Below the pieces are notes generated by a model. The model saw nothing but the letters and a program-made list of their open reading frames with translations, searched no databases and was not told where the DNA came from. Below are positions 29,523 to 39,862 of a stretch of DNA of 64,000 nucleotides, one piece after another. Numbering within the stretch: the first letter of the stretch is position 1; each line of letters begins with the position of its first letter. The position numbers were made by a program, and so were the translations under genes. Source of the stretch: Muribaculaceae bacterium (GTDB lineage Bacteria > Bacteroidota > Bacteroidia > Bacteroidales > Muribaculaceae); the NCBI GenBank assembly GCA_014867205.1, contig WGUO01000019.1:6239-70238 (forward strand), written 5' to 3'.

Positions 29523-31433
29523 TCACTTGTCAAGCACCTCGTAAGGGGAGTGCTGACTCTTGTATTCAGGTACTATACGCTTCATGCGGGCCACGATCCT
29601 CATGTCGTCGTCAGTGGCGGCGTTATTGATAAGCTCATCTATCTCAGAATTGATATCGTCAAACTCGTACTCGCGTACCTTGGCCGCCTTGATCTTGGGA
29701 TGGAATGTCGGAACTGTGGTCTCCTTGTCATTGAGAACCTCCTCGTAGAGTTTCTCGCCGTCGCGTAGTCCGGAATAGACAATCTCCACATTCTTTGCTC
29801 CACTGAGGCGTATCATCCTTTTGGCGAGTTCTGCTATCTTGACCGGTTCGCCCATGTCAAAGACATAAATCTCCCCGCCGTTGCCCATGGTTCCGGCCTC
29901 GATCACCAGTTTGCAGGCCTCCGGTATGAGCATGAAATACCTCATAATGTCCGGATGAGTCACAGTGACCGGTCCACCCTTGCGAATCTGCTCCTGGAAT
30001 ATGGGAATCACCGAGCCGTTCGAGCCGAGCACGTTGCCGAAACGAGTGGTTACAAAACGGGTCACACCCTTGACGGCTCTCTCCTTGATGGCCTTGTCGA
30101 GTGACTGGACATATATCTCGCATATTCTCTTCGAGCAGCCCATCACGTTTGTAGGGTTGACTGCCTTGTCAGTAGAGACCATGACGAACTTCCGCGCGCC
30201 ATATTTCACTGAGAGGTCGGCTATAATCTTTGTGCCGAGTATGTTATTGACAACACTCTCATAGGGATTATCCTCCATCATGGGGACATGCTTGTAAGCG
30301 GCGGCATGGAACACATATTCCGGTTTATACCGGTTGAAGATGCGTTCCATCATCCGTGCGTCGGATATGTCGGCGACTATTGTCTCTGACTCAATCTCTG
30401 GCCAGCGGGCCTGCATCATGCGGCGTATGTCGTGCATTGGGGTCTCTGCCTGGTCAACGAGAACAAGATGTGCCGGCGAGTAGGTCGCTATCTGGCGTAC
30501 CATCTCCGAGCCGATGCTTCCGGCTGCTCCGGTAATCATCACCACATTACCGGTGATAAGCTGGGCGGCAGCGTTCATGTCGACCACTATTTCCTCGCGA
30601 GGCAACAGATCCTCCACGTCGACAGGTTTAAGATTCTCGACAGAGATGTCTGACTCGCCATCCCATTCGCGGGCGTCAGGCACTACGAGGATACGTATTC
30701 CCTGTTCCGCGAGATACTCGAACAGTTCGGAATGTTTATGGAGAGTATCCATCTGCATCGGGGAGACGATGAGTGTGAGCACATTCTTGTTCAGCATTAT
30801 ATCGGCAAGATGCCGGTCGAGCATATGCACGTGGATGCCGTTCACCACGAGATCCTTGAGATGCGGGTCGTCAGATACGAATCCTGTAACCATATATGAG
30901 GAAGTCTCCGAAGAGTTCAGAGTGTCGGCGATGGCAGTCGCACCGTTCTTTGTGCCGAGCACATATGCCTTCAGGCGGACGTTGCTGCGTATGAAACCGT
31001 CGAACATTGTCTTTCCCCAGACGCGTACGGCCCAAAGCAACAGGATCGCCAGCACGGCAAACATTATGACGTCGACCACAGAGAATGCAATAAACCATTC
31101 ACTGGGCTCTATAAGCCACTGCAATATGAAGACAAGGGTGACACCTATCAGTACGGCCATGGTGATTCTCATCAAGTCGGTGAACGAAGAGAACCGTATC
31201 ACCCCGAAATAGGTATGGAACATTCTGAACCCCACCATGAAACAGATGAGGAAAATAGCCAGGGTGCAGATTATGCCGAAGATAAGGTCAGGTGAGGTCG
31301 GGGCGCCGTGGTGAAGGAAATAGGAGAGGAGTCCAGCGACGAAAACAAGTATGCAGTCGAGAATCAGTATCGCCCAGTATGGGAGAGCCGCTCTCGAGAA
31401 GTACCATCTTAACAGTTTGCTAATAGATCTCAT
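29523..31433 (-). CDS. Membrane-bound UDP-GlcNAc 4,6-dehydratase (CapD/PglF/WbpM family)
   Basis: Four TM segments; motifs TGAAGSIGSE, HAAAYKHVP, STDKAVNP, RFGNVLGSNGSV and GEKLYEE. Confidence 0.93.
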   Translation of the reverse strand: MRSISKLLRWYFSRAALPYWAILILDCILVFVAGLLSYFLHHGAPTSPDLIFGIICTLAIFLICFMVGFRMFHTYFGVIRFSSFTDLMRITMAVLIGVTLVFILQWLIEPSEWFIAFSVVDVIMFAVLAILLLWAVRVWGKTMFDGFIRSNVRLKAYVLGTKNGATAIADTLNSSETSSYMVTGFVSDDPHLKDLVVNGIHVHMLDRHLADIMLNKNVLTLIVSPMQMDTLHKHSELFEYLAEQGIRILVVPDAREWDGESDISVENLKPVDVEDLLPREEIVVDMNAAAQLITGNVVMITGAAGSIGSEMVRQIATYSPAHLVLVDQAETPMHDIRRMMQARWPEIESETIVADISDARMMERIFNRYKPEYVFHAAAYKHVPMMEDNPYESVVNNILGTKIIADLSVKYGARKFVMVSTDKAVNPTNVMGCSKRICEIYVQSLDKAIKERAVKGVTRFVTTRFGNVLGSNGSVIPIFQEQIRKGGPVTVTHPDIMRYFMLIPEACKLVIEAGTMGNGGEIYVFDMGEPVKIAELAKRMIRLSGAKNVEIVYSGLRDGEKLYEEVLNDKETTVPTFHPKIKAAKVREYEFDDINSEIDELINNAATDDDMRIVARMKRIVPEYKSQHSPYEVLDK

Positions 31434-31484
31434 GCCGTATAATCAGAGACCCGAGGCCGCAGCCTTGGGATTATGGGGTTGGTA

Positions 31485-32738
31485 TTAGATAATGGCCGCC
31501 TTGATAGCCTCGACGATATAGCGGACATCGTCGTCGCTGACGCAGGGACCGGCCGGCAGACAGAAGCCGGTCTTGAACAGCGACTCGCTGACACCGTTGA
31601 CATAGGCGGGAGCATCGGCATAGACAGGCTGGCGATGCATGGGTTTCCAGAGAGGACGTGCCTCGATATTGGCCTTGTCGAGCCACACACGCAGAGCCTC
31701 GACATTATCATTGGGCTGGCAGTCGGTCACTGCGCTTGAGGCTGCATGTGTCACACCGGCCGCTCCTCCGACTGCCCCCGTCACAATGCTCATGTAGGCT
31801 TTCTCCTGATCCTTGACGTGGGTCTCCGGGTCGAGAGTGGCGGCGCACAGCCAGAAATTGGAATCGTAGCGCGGAGAGGGATTGCCGTGGACAGTAATGC
31901 CGGGAACCTCGGCCAAAAGTTCGGTATAGAGTTTCTGCACATGGCGGTGGTGGGCGATATGCTCATCGACTATTGTCATCTGGCCGCGTCCAATACCGGC
32001 ACATACGTTGCTCATACGGTAGTTATAGCCAATTTTCTCGTGCTGGTAATAGGGATAACTTTCGCGAGCCTGAGTGGCGTAGAACATAATCTCCTTTTTG
32101 GCATCTTCGTCAGGGCAGATCAGAGCGCCTCCGCCTGATGTCGTAATCATCTTATTGCCATTGAACGACAGAACGCCATATCTGCCGAAAGTTCCGAGCA
32201 CGCGGCCGTCGAAACGCGAGCCAAAACCCTCGGCAGCATCCTCGATCACCGGTATTTCATAGTGCCTGCTGATCTCCATGATACGGTCAATGCAGTATGG
32301 CATGCCATAGAGAGCCACCGGTATTATAGCCTTGGGCTTGCGTCCGGTTTTGGCTATACGGTCGTTGATTGCCGCCTCAAGCAGATCGGGGTCCATGTTC
32401 CATGATTGCGGCTCAGAGTCAATGAAGACGGGAGTGGCGCCAAGATAGGTCACCGGGTGACTCGAGGCACAGAAAGTGAACGACTGTACCAATACCTCAT
32501 CTCCCGGTCCGACACCGCAGGCAAGAAGAGCCAGATGTACTGCCGCTGTTCCAGCGCTGAGACATACCACCTTGCAGTCGGTATCCCCACCGCTGTTGAC
32601 AAAGCATTCGAGATCCTGCTCGAAACCGTTAACGTTCGGCCCCATGGGGACTACCCAGTTGGTGTCGAATGCCTCCTGTATGAATTCCATTTCCCTGCCG
32701 CTCATATGGGCAAGGCATAAATATATCCTGTCTCTCAT
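31485..32738 (-). CDS. DegT/DnrJ/EryC1/StrS sugar aminotransferase (PglE/EpsN-like)
   Basis: Motifs EDAAEGFG, SFNGNKMITTSGGG, GYNYRMSN and RPLWKPMH. Confidence 0.92.
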   Translation of the reverse strand: MRDRIYLCLAHMSGREMEFIQEAFDTNWVVPMGPNVNGFEQDLECFVNSGGDTDCKVVCLSAGTAAVHLALLACGVGPGDEVLVQSFTFCASSHPVTYLGATPVFIDSEPQSWNMDPDLLEAAINDRIAKTGRKPKAIIPVALYGMPYCIDRIMEISRHYEIPVIEDAAEGFGSRFDGRVLGTFGRYGVLSFNGNKMITTSGGGALICPDEDAKKEIMFYATQARESYPYYQHEKIGYNYRMSNVCAGIGRGQMTIVDEHIAHHRHVQKLYTELLAEVPGITVHGNPSPRYDSNFWLCAATLDPETHVKDQEKAYMSIVTGAVGGAAGVTHAASSAVTDCQPNDNVEALRVWLDKANIEARPLWKPMHRQPVYADAPAYVNGVSESLFKTGFCLPAGPCVSDDDVRYIVEAIKAAII

Positions 32739-32746
32739 TTTAGTTG

Positions 32747-33361
32747 TCAGTTATGTCCGTTGAATGCCTCGATAGTCGCTGCGCCCTGCTGAGAGATACC
32801 CTCCCTCTTCAGCACCTTACGCACAGTAAGCCATATGACCTGCAGGTCAGTGCGCAGTGAGATATTGTCGACATACCAGACGTCAAGTTCAAATTTTTTC
32901 TGCCATGAAATCGCATTGCGGCCGTGGCATTGCGCCCAGCCTGTTATGCCGGGACGCACCTCGTGGCGTCTCGCCTGCACAGGAGTATACAATGGCAGAT
33001 ACTTCACAAGCAACGGACGTGGACCAATCAGCGACATGTCACCTTTCAGCACATTCCAGAGTTGAGGCAACTCGTCGATTGAAGTCGACCTTACAAACTT
33101 TCCGATTCTGGTAAGCCGCTGAGCGTCAGGCAGGAGATTACCGGATTCGTCACGCTCGTCGGTCATGGTCTTGAACTTTATGACCTTAAATGTCTTGCCG
33201 TTCAGCCCGGGACGTTCCTGCATAAAAAATGCCCCCGCGCCCCTGTTGGCGAAGTGCAGCCACAAGGTGACTGCCGCCAATGGAACGGAAAGCACTAACA
33301 GCACGCCGCCCGAGGCGGCTATGTCGATTGCCCGTTTGAAAAAGTCTTTGTAAATTTTCAT
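32747..33361 (-). CDS. Initiating phosphoglycosyltransferase (PglC/EpsL-like)
   Basis: Motifs [34 protein letters not shown] and RPGITGWAQ. Confidence 0.93.
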   Translation of the reverse strand: MKIYKDFFKRAIDIAASGGVLLVLSVPLAAVTLWLHFANRGAGAFFMQERPGLNGKTFKVIKFKTMTDERDESGNLLPDAQRLTRIGKFVRSTSIDELPQLWNVLKGDMSLIGPRPLLVKYLPLYTPVQARRHEVRPGITGWAQCHGRNAISWQKKFELDVWYVDNISLRTDLQVIWLTVRKVLKREGISQQGAATIEAFNGHN

Positions 33362-33571
33362 CCGTCACTGTTTGGTTACTCTAATTTACCGTGAAACCTC
33401 ACGGAACAATTTAAGGCAACTTAATATATGACGGAAAAATATATCGTTTTATTATAATTTTTTGACCGTTTATAATACAAATTCCTGACGAGGGAGATGC
33501 AAATCATTATTTTTGAATATCCCTACGACCTGTCTATGGTTGTCAGGAATGCAAAGCAGACTCAGCCGGTG

Positions 33572-34453
33572 TCATATTTTCACCTCACTGAAGTTGTCTG
33601 CGTCATTGGCTGCCTCGGCAACTGTCAGGAATGAGAATTCGTCGAGAAGTGATTCAAGTCCCCTGAAGGCACGCCTGCGACCCACGTTGCTCTTGACATA
33701 TCGTGAAAGACGGTTTTTCAATGTGCCCGTGGTCTTGAAATATTTCTCAAACTCATCTTTTGACATGAGTTTAGACTTGAAGTCGACCAGGTCCGCGATA
33801 TGAAAATAGCACATAGTATAGTCAGATGAGTGCATCTGATTCTTTACAAAGAGTGTCGGAAGAAGTCTGAAATATCCTCCCCCCGAATATGCGATCTTCT
33901 TATCTAAAACCGGCAGTTGGCAGAGGGTTATCGGGAATTCGTTTATCACGTTGCCGTCGTGCATGACACGGCATGGCTTGCCTTCGTCGGGAAATGAGGG
34001 AAATCCGCCGAAGTCACGTATTCCGGGAAATATCGATGCGTCATTTCGGATTCCACATTCAGCCAGCACATCACATGCCCATATGTTGTCTTTCCCAATA
34101 GAGAATGCGGGGGCACGGTAACTTTCAACCGGTTGCCCGGTGGCCTGGCGAAGGGAGTCAGTGGCCCGATGTGTATCCTCGAGAAATTGTTCCCGGGTCT
34201 GCTGGTTGACCCACTTGTGGGCATACGAATGACAGCCGATCTCATGTCCGCGGTCCGCTATTCTTCTCACCACTCCCGGGAAATGCTCTATGAGGGCGCC
34301 AAGACAGAAGAAAGTCGCTTTCTGATTGTGCGCGTCGAGTGTGTCGAGCAACCGCTCAAGCATCGCATCGTAGGCATCATATTTCCAGCGGGCTCCCCCT
34401 CTGAACATCTTCTCGATATACCATTCCTCTATATCAAAACTGAGAATATTCAT
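33572..34453 (-). CDS. Polysaccharide deacetylase (CE4, DUF3473-associated type)
   Basis: Motifs LSFDIEEW, HEIGCHSYAH, YRAPAFS and SGGGYFRL. Start moved to ATG 34453. Confidence 0.88.
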   Translation of the reverse strand: MNILSFDIEEWYIEKMFRGGARWKYDAYDAMLERLLDTLDAHNQKATFFCLGALIEHFPGVVRRIADRGHEIGCHSYAHKWVNQQTREQFLEDTHRATDSLRQATGQPVESYRAPAFSIGKDNIWACDVLAECGIRNDASIFPGIRDFGGFPSFPDEGKPCRVMHDGNVINEFPITLCQLPVLDKKIAYSGGGYFRLLPTLFVKNQMHSSDYTMCYFHIADLVDFKSKLMSKDEFEKYFKTTGTLKNRLSRYVKSNVGRRRAFRGLESLLDEFSFLTVAEAANDADNFSEVKI

Positions 34454-34502
34454 AAGCAGATATATTAAGGACCTTATTGGCAGAGATAATAAGGGCCAGT
34501 TT

Positions 34503-35642
34503 TCAGTGGGCCTTCTTACGGATTCGCCCTCTCTTGAACTCGAGTTTGTTAAAATTTTCCAAAAACGCTGCAATCATGGCACGCCAGTCCCTACGGCCAC
34601 CCTCCTGATAGAAGACATTCCTGCCCCAGAATCGGAACCAGCCTGGCCGCGAGCGGAATCGGTTGGGGGAACTGATAAACCATAGTATGTCGAGACCGAG
34701 ATACCTGAGTATCTTTCCGGGCTCATATGTGCATTTCGGAATTGGCAGTCCGAGGGCATCGGCCGTAATGATAGCAGGGAAATTGACTCCCGAGACCGCA
34801 GCCCCACGCAGGCTTGCCGGCACCCGTGGATTTATCTCGATAATCTTGTATTCACCCTGACGCGACCGCAGAACATCAAAGTCTGCGAATCCGACATAAC
34901 CGATCTCGCCAAGTGCCTTCATGCAAATATCGACAAGTTCCGGATCGTCGATCGTGCGGCACATTGATGATGAGCCGGCCTGCAACGGGTAATAGCGTAT
35001 AATCTCAAGAACTGCATGAGCGAGTTGTCGGCCGTTACGGTCGCGATAGATCATCACGTTGTAATAAGGGCCCTCGCTCTCTACATATTCCTGCACATGG
35101 CAACTGCCGTAACGCTGTGTCACTGTCGCGATTGCCTTAGCGAGACCTGAGGGGTTGTCAACCTTTGTTATACCTCTGGCACCGACCGAATGGTCAGGTT
35201 TTACTACCACAGGATAATTGAGCGCGGAGATATCGGCACTGTCGGAGGCTGAGCATCTGACGGTGCGGGGATGCGGCAGGGCGGCACGCTCGCAAATCTC
35301 CATCAGTGTTGGCTTGTCGGCGGCTGCCTCCAGTTGTGAAAGAGCAGGCACTGCTGCGACACATCCGGTCTCATCCTTGATTCGCCGGCTATTGGCACTT
35401 AGCAGGTGTGCGTAGTCGTCGGTCATGGGTATAGCAGCGTCAAAGCAATTTGCCCCCATGAACTCCAGAATCGGCTCCAGACCCTCGGCAAGCCAACCGA
35501 ATCCGTGCAGCGAGACCGCCGTAGACTTATGGGCGAAATCCTTGGGGGGAGCCCAGAGTCCCACGGTATGCCCGGCATCGGCGAGCGACCTTGCCGTTGA
35601 GACGCCCTGAAGTCCGCCTCCGACCACAAGCACCTTTGCCAT
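34503..35642 (-). CDS. ATP-grasp carboxylate-amine ligase
   Basis: Motifs PVVVKP, VQEYV, GFADFD and IIEINPR. Confidence 0.85.
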   Translation of the reverse strand: MAKVLVVGGGLQGVSTARSLADAGHTVGLWAPPKDFAHKSTAVSLHGFGWLAEGLEPILEFMGANCFDAAIPMTDDYAHLLSANSRRIKDETGCVAAVPALSQLEAAADKPTLMEICERAALPHPRTVRCSASDSADISALNYPVVVKPDHSVGARGITKVDNPSGLAKAIATVTQRYGSCHVQEYVESEGPYYNVMIYRDRNGRQLAHAVLEIIRYYPLQAGSSSMCRTIDDPELVDICMKALGEIGYVGFADFDVLRSRQGEYKIIEINPRVPASLRGAAVSGVNFPAIITADALGLPIPKCTYEPGKILRYLGLDILWFISSPNRFRSRPGWFRFWGRNVFYQEGGRRDWRAMIAAFLENFNKLEFKRGRIRKKAH

Positions 35643-35645
35643 TTG

Positions 35646-36704
35646 TCAGATATATATTGGTTCAGGAATTACCATTGGGCCGGTGGTCATGGTCATTGTG
35701 GCCCATGAGAGCCCAAGTCCGAATGATGACATCAACAGTCGGTGAGGACCGGCCTGAAGTTCGTCGCGCAGACGAGTGACCATCAGCGACGGTATTGATG
35801 CACCGCCCAGATTGCCATATTCCTCGATATTATAAGGAACCTTTTCGAGCGGCAACTTGAGTTTCTTCACCACACGGTCGACTATCATCTTGTTTGCCTG
35901 GTGTATCAGGAAGAAATCAATGTCCTGGTTGCGGTCGATTCCCTCGGCGGCCATAAACTGCTCGACCGAGCGGGGCGGCTTGGAGATGGCAAACGAGAAC
36001 ACGTTCATTCCGTTGATGAGCGTGTGGATCGGAGCACGAACGATTCCATTGCCGAAGTCCTGCTCAATAAAGGACTCGGGAGTCGCAGGGTGTCGAAATC
36101 CTCCGTGAGGAGTCATGAGCGCCTCATATCCTGAGCCAAGAGTATGGAATTCGACAACAATATCTGAGGCCGACGGATCATACTCCAGGGCGATTGCGGT
36201 AGCACCGTCGCCGAAGAGAGGCACGCGGCTTTTATCCTTCAGCGAGCCCATGCGCAGGGCAGTGTCGCCGATAAGCAGTAATGCTCGGCGCACATTGCCG
36301 GTGGTCAGCAGATTGCCGCCCACAGTCATGGCATACAGGCAACCACAGCAGCCCATAGGCATGTCAAGACAGAAAGTGGTCTCCGGCAGACCCATGCGGT
36401 GCTGCAGGATGCATGAAGTCGGAGGAGTTCGGTAGTCACCTGTCACCGACTCAAATATCAGAACATCAATCGAATCGCGCTCCCAGCCCAGCGCCTCAAG
36501 CAGGCGTTCGCCGGCCTTCTGACACATATCAGAGGCGCAGACTGAGTCGGGCGCGATGTGACGTCGCCTTATACCGACTGTCCTGTTGAAACTCTCTACA
36601 TCCTCGGGCGACATAAGCTTGATATCGCTCGTCTCCACGACATTCTCGGGGAAACAGGCGGCGACACCGGCCATGCGCACATTCTTAATTCTCCATTTTG
36701 CCAT
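35646..36704 (-). CDS. Ketoacyl-ACP synthase III (FabH-like), copy 2
   Basis: Cys-His-Asn triad in MGCCG, HQAN and GNLGGAS; also FGLGLSW. Confidence 0.9.
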   Translation of the reverse strand: MAKWRIKNVRMAGVAACFPENVVETSDIKLMSPEDVESFNRTVGIRRRHIAPDSVCASDMCQKAGERLLEALGWERDSIDVLIFESVTGDYRTPPTSCILQHRMGLPETTFCLDMPMGCCGCLYAMTVGGNLLTTGNVRRALLLIGDTALRMGSLKDKSRVPLFGDGATAIALEYDPSASDIVVEFHTLGSGYEALMTPHGGFRHPATPESFIEQDFGNGIVRAPIHTLINGMNVFSFAISKPPRSVEQFMAAEGIDRNQDIDFFLIHQANKMIVDRVVKKLKLPLEKVPYNIEEYGNLGGASIPSLMVTRLRDELQAGPHRLLMSSFGLGLSWATMTMTTGPMVIPEPIYI

Positions 36705-36722
36705 ATCACGTGTAGAGGGAAC

Positions 36723-36962
36723 TTAGAGCTCGACGCCCTGGTTGCGGATTATCTCAAGGCCCTTTACATAAGAAGTGAAGGCCATTATGTCCTCGGGGTC
36801 GAGCATGATGTCAAAAGCATCCTCGGCCATTGACACGAGGTTAAGCTGATGCACCGAATCCCATTCCGGCACATTCTCCTTGCCGAACGAATCGCCGAGT
36901 GCAGAGGCGTCTACGCCGAAAACTTCAGTAAATATCTGGTTATATTTTTCAAGATTGTTCAT
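36723..36962 (-). CDS. Acyl carrier protein, copy 2
   Basis: 79-aa acidic protein with a WDSVHQL phosphopantetheine site. Confidence 0.88.
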   Translation of the reverse strand: MNNLEKYNQIFTEVFGVDASALGDSFGKENVPEWDSVHQLNLVSMAEDAFDIMLDPEDIMAFTSYVKGLEIIRNQGVEL

Positions 36963-36967
36963 ATATG

Positions 36968-38347
36968 TCAGTCTTTATTGAGTTTGCTATATAGTATCTT
37001 ACCGGCCTCATTTTTCGGGAGAGCATCCATGTGACGAATGTCAATGACAGTCGCCGGCACCTTGATAGCCTTAAGGAGAGCCTCGAGAGCGGTGTCTTGT
37101 TGATTAATGTCAGTGATATAGACTATGATTCTCTCGTCGGTGCCAGTGCAGGCACATTCGCAGTCAACGGCACCGCGCACTATCTGCTCGCACTCGTCGA
37201 GACCGATGCGGTTGCCGAATATCTTGAGAAAGCGTCCCATGCGTCCCTTGATGAAATAGAAGCCATCCTTGTCGCGATATGCTATGTCGCCAGTAGGCAA
37301 GAAGCCATTACGCTCGTCGCCGAGTGCCAGGTCCTCGCGCGTGCGCGCGTATCCCATAGTCACGTTCTTTCCCCGGTAGCACATCTCGCCCGTAGCCGGA
37401 GACTCCATAATCTCATTGCCGTCGGCATCGCGCAGAGACAGATGACCGTTGGGTACTGCAATCCCGATACTCCCCATCTTCGATATGGCATACTCTTCAG
37501 GAAGCCATGCCATGCGTGCGGTTCCCTCGGACTGGCCGTATGTGGCCACCCAGCGTTTCCCGTTGTCACGACAGTATTCCGCGAATTTCAGGTTAAGTTC
37601 GGTGGGCATCTTTCCTCCTCCCTGAGTCAGCAGAGTCAGGTCAGGAAGTTTCATGCGTGTGAAACGCATCTTGTCGAGGACCTCGAAACTGAATGGCACA
37701 CCGGTGAAACTCGTGGCATGCTCCTCTTTGAGGAATTTCCAGAACCCGGGGTCAGTCATCTTGAGATTCGTGATCAGCACAGTGGCACCGACCTTAAAGT
37801 GGCTGAACACCATAGATAGACCCATGGTATAGTAGAGGGGAAGCACCATGAAAGGTCGGTCGTTCTCCGTCAGCCGGAAGAATGTCGATATGTTGAGCGC
37901 GGCAGCCTCGATGTTGTCATACTTGTGGCGTACAAGCTTGGGGCTGCCTGTTGAGCCGGAGGTGGGCAGCAGGTGGCTGAGTTCCTCGTGCATCTCGCAT
38001 GATCGCTCACCTGTAAAGTTGATGGAATAGCCATATTCAGGCATTTCACCATCCGTACCCGGCTTGACAATCAACTGGGGCCGGTAAGTCGAGGTAAGAT
38101 TTTGCAGGAGCGCATCCTCGGTATGGGCGTTCAGCACCAGAGGAACGTTGCCTGAGATAATAGATGCAATCACCCATGCGATACCGCCCACATTGTTTTC
38201 GGTCAGAATGAACATGAGCGAGCGGCCCGGCAGTGCGTTGCGGAGCCTATCGGCGAGAGCGATGATTTCGCCATAGGTGAGAGTGTCGCCGTTTGAGTCA
38301 ATTGCAGCGAGGCGTTCAGGCTCAAATCTGTCTATATCGAGTAGCAT
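36968..38347 (-). CDS. AMP-binding acyl/aminoacyl-adenylate ligase
   Basis: Motifs TSGSTGSPK, YGQSE, TGDIA and GRMGRFLKIFGNRI. Start moved to ATG 38347. Confidence 0.9.
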   Translation of the reverse strand: MLLDIDRFEPERLAAIDSNGDTLTYGEIIALADRLRNALPGRSLMFILTENNVGGIAWVIASIISGNVPLVLNAHTEDALLQNLTSTYRPQLIVKPGTDGEMPEYGYSINFTGERSCEMHEELSHLLPTSGSTGSPKLVRHKYDNIEAAALNISTFFRLTENDRPFMVLPLYYTMGLSMVFSHFKVGATVLITNLKMTDPGFWKFLKEEHATSFTGVPFSFEVLDKMRFTRMKLPDLTLLTQGGGKMPTELNLKFAEYCRDNGKRWVATYGQSEGTARMAWLPEEYAISKMGSIGIAVPNGHLSLRDADGNEIMESPATGEMCYRGKNVTMGYARTREDLALGDERNGFLPTGDIAYRDKDGFYFIKGRMGRFLKIFGNRIGLDECEQIVRGAVDCECACTGTDERIIVYITDINQQDTALEALLKAIKVPATVIDIRHMDALPKNEAGKILYSKLNKD

Positions 38348-38351
38348 ATCG

Positions 38352-39089
38352 TCAGATTGATGCACAGCCGTCAACACCAAGTATCTGGCCTGATATGTAT
38401 GATGAGTTGTCGGAAGCGAGGAAGGAGCAAGCCTTGGCAATATCCTCGGGCAAGCCGAGACGGCCAAGTGCGATGCGACCGATACGTGCGTCAATCTTGT
38501 CGCCCGAAGCCTCGTAGAGTTCCTCGAATCGCTCAGTCTTGACGATGCCCGGGGCAACTGCATTGACACGCACACCCATAGGTGCGAGTTCCTTTGCGGC
38601 TGACTTTGTGAATGAGATGACGGCTCCCTTGGTGGCCGAATACGCACACTGTCCGGCTGAGCCAAGTACAGCGGTGACCGAGGCGATGTTGACTATGGAG
38701 CCTCCTCCGCATCGGCTCATGATGCGCGAGACGAGTTGTGTGAGTTCAATGACGGCTATTACATTGACGCGAAACATCAGTTCGGTCTCCTCGCGTACTA
38801 TCATGCCGATCTTCTTGTTGAACACGACGCCTGCATTGTTGACGAGGGCATCGATGCGTCCCTCGGTCTTCTTTACGCTCATCATGGCAGCCTTGGCTGC
38901 CGCTGCGTCGGTAACATCAAAATACAAGGCATGGAACGCAGGGAATTCCTGTTCCATGCCATCCATAGAGCCCTGTCGGAAATCGCATCCGTAGACTGTG
39001 GCACCCTCGGCGAGCATATCGCGTGCTATCGCGTTGCCAATGCCTTGGGCGGCTCCGGTCACAACGCACACTTTATTCTGTAAAATCAT
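38352..39089 (-). CDS. SDR oxidoreductase (FabG-like), copy 2
   Basis: Motifs TGAAQGIG, NNAG, YSATK and VNAVAPG. Confidence 0.9.
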   Translation of the reverse strand: MILQNKVCVVTGAAQGIGNAIARDMLAEGATVYGCDFRQGSMDGMEQEFPAFHALYFDVTDAAAAKAAMMSVKKTEGRIDALVNNAGVVFNKKIGMIVREETELMFRVNVIAVIELTQLVSRIMSRCGGGSIVNIASVTAVLGSAGQCAYSATKGAVISFTKSAAKELAPMGVRVNAVAPGIVKTERFEELYEASGDKIDARIGRIALGRLGLPEDIAKACSFLASDNSSYISGQILGVDGCASI

Positions 39090-39111
39090 CTGTTTTCGGA
39101 TAATTACTTAG

Positions 39112-39861
39112 TTAAACGAGACTTTTCCCACCATCCACTATAAGACTTGTGCCTGTGGTCCATGCCGAGGCGTCAGAGAGCAGATAGACAACTGCGTAAG
39201 CCACCTCCTCAGGGCGTCCGTAACGTTTAAGCGGATAGGTGGCAGCGTCGGCGGCATGTTCCTCGTCTGACACCGCTCCACGATGGATCAGCGGTGTATC
39301 AATCATGGCCGGAAGTACTGTGTTTACACGGATTCTTTTCGGAGCAAACTCTCGTGCGCAGAATTTCATATATGCGTCGAGGGCTGCCTTAGATGCCCCG
39401 TAGGCACCGTTGCCTATCGTGAAGAAGTGTGTGCCTCCCATCGACGATATGGCTACTATCGAGGCTCCAGCCTTGACTCTCTTCTTCTTTAGCAGCAGTC
39501 TCAGCAGCTCCACCGGATTTAGGAAATTGCTGTCGAGCACATCAAGAAGTTTCTTGCGTGTAGAGAACTGTACGGGCAGCATCATGCCGATACCCGAGCA
39601 AAGAGCGACGCCGTCGAGTTCGGGAGCCTCAGCTACAAGTCTGTCAATATCTTCGGCACATGTCAGGTCGGCTGTAATGGCGGTGTGCCCTTCGCCGTCG
39701 AGCATGGCGAGAGTCTCGTCGAGTCTCTCGGCGTTTCGGCCGGTGATAACGAGTACTGCACCGAGACGGGAACATTCGGTGGCCACTGCGCGGCCTATGC
39801 CTGACGAGGCACCGGTCACGAGCACTGTCTTGCCTTGGAGTGCAAATGGATTATGGTTCAT
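39112..39861 (-). CDS. SDR oxidoreductase (FabG-like), copy 1
   Basis: Motifs TGASSGIG, YGASK and VDGG. Confidence 0.9.
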   Translation of the reverse strand: MNHNPFALQGKTVLVTGASSGIGRAVATECSRLGAVLVITGRNAERLDETLAMLDGEGHTAITADLTCAEDIDRLVAEAPELDGVALCSGIGMMLPVQFSTRKKLLDVLDSNFLNPVELLRLLLKKKRVKAGASIVAISSMGGTHFFTIGNGAYGASKAALDAYMKFCAREFAPKRIRVNTVLPAMIDTPLIHRGAVSDEEHAADAATYPLKRYGRPEEVAYAVVYLLSDASAWTTGTSLIVDGGKSLV

Positions 39862-39862
39862 G

